From Tubulanus polymorphus (taxonomy: Eukaryota > Animalia > Nemertea), in the NCBI RefSeq assembly GCF_964204645.1, contig NC_134026.1:12113950-12177949 (forward strand): a stretch of 64,000 bases of DNA, in the 5' to 3' direction. A program made the position numbers and the translations under genes. Of the stretch, positions 61,311 through 64,000 are shown one piece after another. The notes beneath the pieces were generated by a model. The model had not been told where the DNA came from. It searched no databases and saw only the letters and a program-made list of their open reading frames with translations. Numbering within the stretch: position 1 is the first letter of the stretch; each line of letters begins with the position of its first letter.

Positions 61311-62039
61311 GCATGTATAATTCTAATTATAGACTATCACTGTATCAAAACAATGTTACAGTAGAGTACTATTCATGCAGTCACAATGGCCCAGTTTCAG
61401 TAGGGTACAAGACTTGCACTTGATAGATCAGAAGTTCGAATCTCGCATAGTTACATATTTTGTTCACCTCCGATAGTTCCACGGGGAAGGTTTATATATG
61501 TTCCAACTAAATTCCATAGCTAATAGATCGAACAGTTTGATGTTCTGGCTTTAAAAATTCAGCCGTGGTTTCCACTTACTCACTACGTCAGCAAGCAGCT
61601 AGAATTTCAGTCAAATCAAACTATGCCAGATGATTTAAAATCTGACTCTGACTTTAAATCATTTGATACTGTAAATGCAAACAAATGAATGGATATTAAA
61701 TTCAGACCAAAAAAAACCAAGAAACCGAAAAACATTAAAATCCTGATCCGAATTGCCGGCTCGAAGTTTCTTCATATTATTAAATCATTCAGGAAGAGAA
61801 TGGGAAGACAATTAATTCATTAATATTAATTTTTATTAAACAATAAAAAACAAAATAAAATCACCAAATATTACAAATATATAAATCTGGAAAAATAAAC
61901 ACCGAAGAACTCAATTAATAACAAAGATAATTTCTCTAAACAATTTGACGTGAAATACAGACGGAGACAATGACAATTAAACAAAGCCTTGGGAAAAGAT
62001 TTAACTAGAATCGCAGTAGTTGAGTATTTAGGCAGTCAA

Positions 62040-63960
62040 GGTCAATAAATTTAGGCTAATTTTCATTCAACTCTCGCCTCATTAGAAGAAGCTTTTTCAA
62101 TCGGTCATAGCTACGAAGGTTTGTCTTGAAACCCATATTTTCGAGTTCAGATTTTATTCCAGCTACAGTGTCACACCCTCTGTGACAAGCACTGTACTTT
62201 CAATTTCGTCCGAAATTTTTGATTTCTTTCGTTTCGCCCGTTCAGCTTTTTCAGTGCACCAGTACTTTTCATTTCTCTTAACATAAGCTCTCTTATTACG
62301 GGCATGACCTTGACCGGCTAAATACTCAACTCATTTTATAACAATTAGGGCATCAGTTGGCCCATCCGCTCTGTTACACTTCTGGAGATGAATTCTCTTG
62401 AGAATATCATTAACCTTTTCAATGCCCTGGCCACTATAAGAACACAAAGAACTAAAATTGGATAACATATACGGCACATGATACAGCATGATATGCATAT
62501 AAGGAGTAATGTTGCTTTTCTTAAAACCTTTTCTTTTGGCTCCTAAATCTAAAAATGCTTCAATCCAAGTTTTAGCTCGGTCAAAAGCTGCTGTACAACT
62601 ACAAGACCGGGAATCAAAATAGCTAATGAGATTATGTAATTTCATGAAATCGCCCCATAACTTTAACATTGCTAATTTTGTATCTTCATGTACAACATCA
62701 CTTTCACTCTGCAGTAATAAAGGAAGCTGGGTCAACAGCTTTTTCATATCACCTCCTGTTAGGGATGACCATTCGACCTGTCCAAGACCTTTATTAGTTA
62801 CTGGGTCTCTCTTTTCCCAGATATTGAAGCATATACCACATTGTCTGATCAAAAAGCACAGTTTTTTCAACCTGGAACCGATAGGTGATTGACTTTCGCT
62901 ATTGATTCCATGAAACGTATCATGATCATCAGAATCCCGGACATCAGTTATAATGTTCCTTAACAAAATATCCCCTATTCTTAACAAAAGATGAAGTTCA
63001 TCAACGAGAATGTTTCTAGGTTCACTTTTGAAAATTGGAAGCTCCTGAAGGCCATTATTTAGGGCCAGTGCGTCTGGTGTCATATCCGAGTATGTTCTTT
63101 TCATAGGTGTTCTAGAATAGTTATCCCAGGGCTTAGAAACATCATTTAGATTTTCATTCCTAACACTGCACCAAGGACAGCACTGTGTGGCGGTGGATCC
63201 CTTTAGCCCACACAGAATTTGTAGAAACTTAAGATCAGAACCCAAAACAATGTGGACATAATATTTTTGGTCTCCAATAAGGATGAACCCAGAATCTATA
63301 ATACAGTTAATTTCATCAATCAAAGTTCTGAATCCACTTTTGATGAGGTCATACGACTCGCCTCCCTTTATGATACTAAAAACAGATGGGATGCCAGGTT
63401 TTGCGCCAGTATTCAAAATGGACATGGACAGATACTTTTGACATTTCACTGGGACACTTTTGACATTTTCGCTCCATCGCCGCCAATTTTCACTTTTACA
63501 CATGGTTGGTTTTTTCCACCAAGTTTAATCAACTCTATGAGTTGCATTTTGAAACTAATGTATGCACCAGGTTTGCCATTTTCACACCTTTGAATATCAA
63601 TGGTAAAATATTGACGACAATCAATTACCTGGGATTTAGGCCGTAAAGTATTTCCAGAGTACACACACAACTCATGATATGCTTCATCTGAAACATAAAA
63701 TGAGTCTAAGATATACAATAGATCTTTCACTTTATCTTTTTCGGATTCACACAGCTTTTCATAGCAAGAATACTTCCGAACAGCAAAATCAGATTGAGGA
63801 GAAACATTGATCACAACATTTTCTTTGTCATTACTTGAGATAAACTGCAAGCTTTCAGGTAATAGACCAAAAATTCTCTGCAAACCATAATGCTTTTTTA
63901 CTTTGTGAGGCTAACGTTTTCAATTTACGAGATTTTTGGTGACTACCTACTTCGTGGTAT
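62040..63960 (-). pseudogene. Transib/RAG1-like DDE transposase, frameshifted, 5' end outside the window
   Basis: VKIGGDG, SDLKFLQILCGL..CCPWC, DELHLLLRIGD, ITPYMHIMLYHVP and SGQGIEKVND. Confidence 0.75.
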
Positions 63961-64000
63961 TACTTTCCCAAATTAACTTTTGCTGGTGTTTGCATTATCG

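Noticed and set aside
61382-61450. CACAATG as the TIR of the Transib-like element
   Set aside because: The following sequence has A-box/B-box-like motifs (tggcccagtt, gttcgaatc) of a decayed tRNA-derived SINE, and no partner TIR is available in the window.

Overview
AT-rich, intron-containing eukaryotic DNA, most likely from an invertebrate (host not determinable from sequence alone), made almost entirely of nested mobile elements. The left half is a Russian-doll stack: a Kolobok-type transposon appears interrupted by a piggyBac, whose transposase is split by a 5.4-kb Merlin element carrying a spliced DUF3987-like P-loop ATPase gene. Helentron-like non-autonomous repeats, MITEs and LINE/Gypsy fragments fill the rest. 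The main feature is a ~17.4-kb Polinton/Maverick (adintovirus-like) endogenous virus at 42710-60120, with TIRs, pPolB, integrase, packaging ATPase and major and minor capsid genes. Three properties stand out. (i) A ~354-aa LAGLIDADG intein sits in catalytic motif C (YFD|TDA) of the protein-primed polymerase, at the site used by giant-virus PolB inteins. (ii) A poxvirus-like TAAATG, usually preceded by a T-run, marks nearly every gene start although no RNA polymerase is encoded. (iii) The element looks like a chimera of two related copies joined inside polB about 100 bp from the intein homing site. A second AT-rich island (34379-37640) has related termini, the same start motif and similar zinc fingers, and may be a non-autonomous relative. 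A Transib/RAG1-like transposase ends the window. All family assignments come from motif recognition, not database searches, and coordinates of degraded features are approximate.
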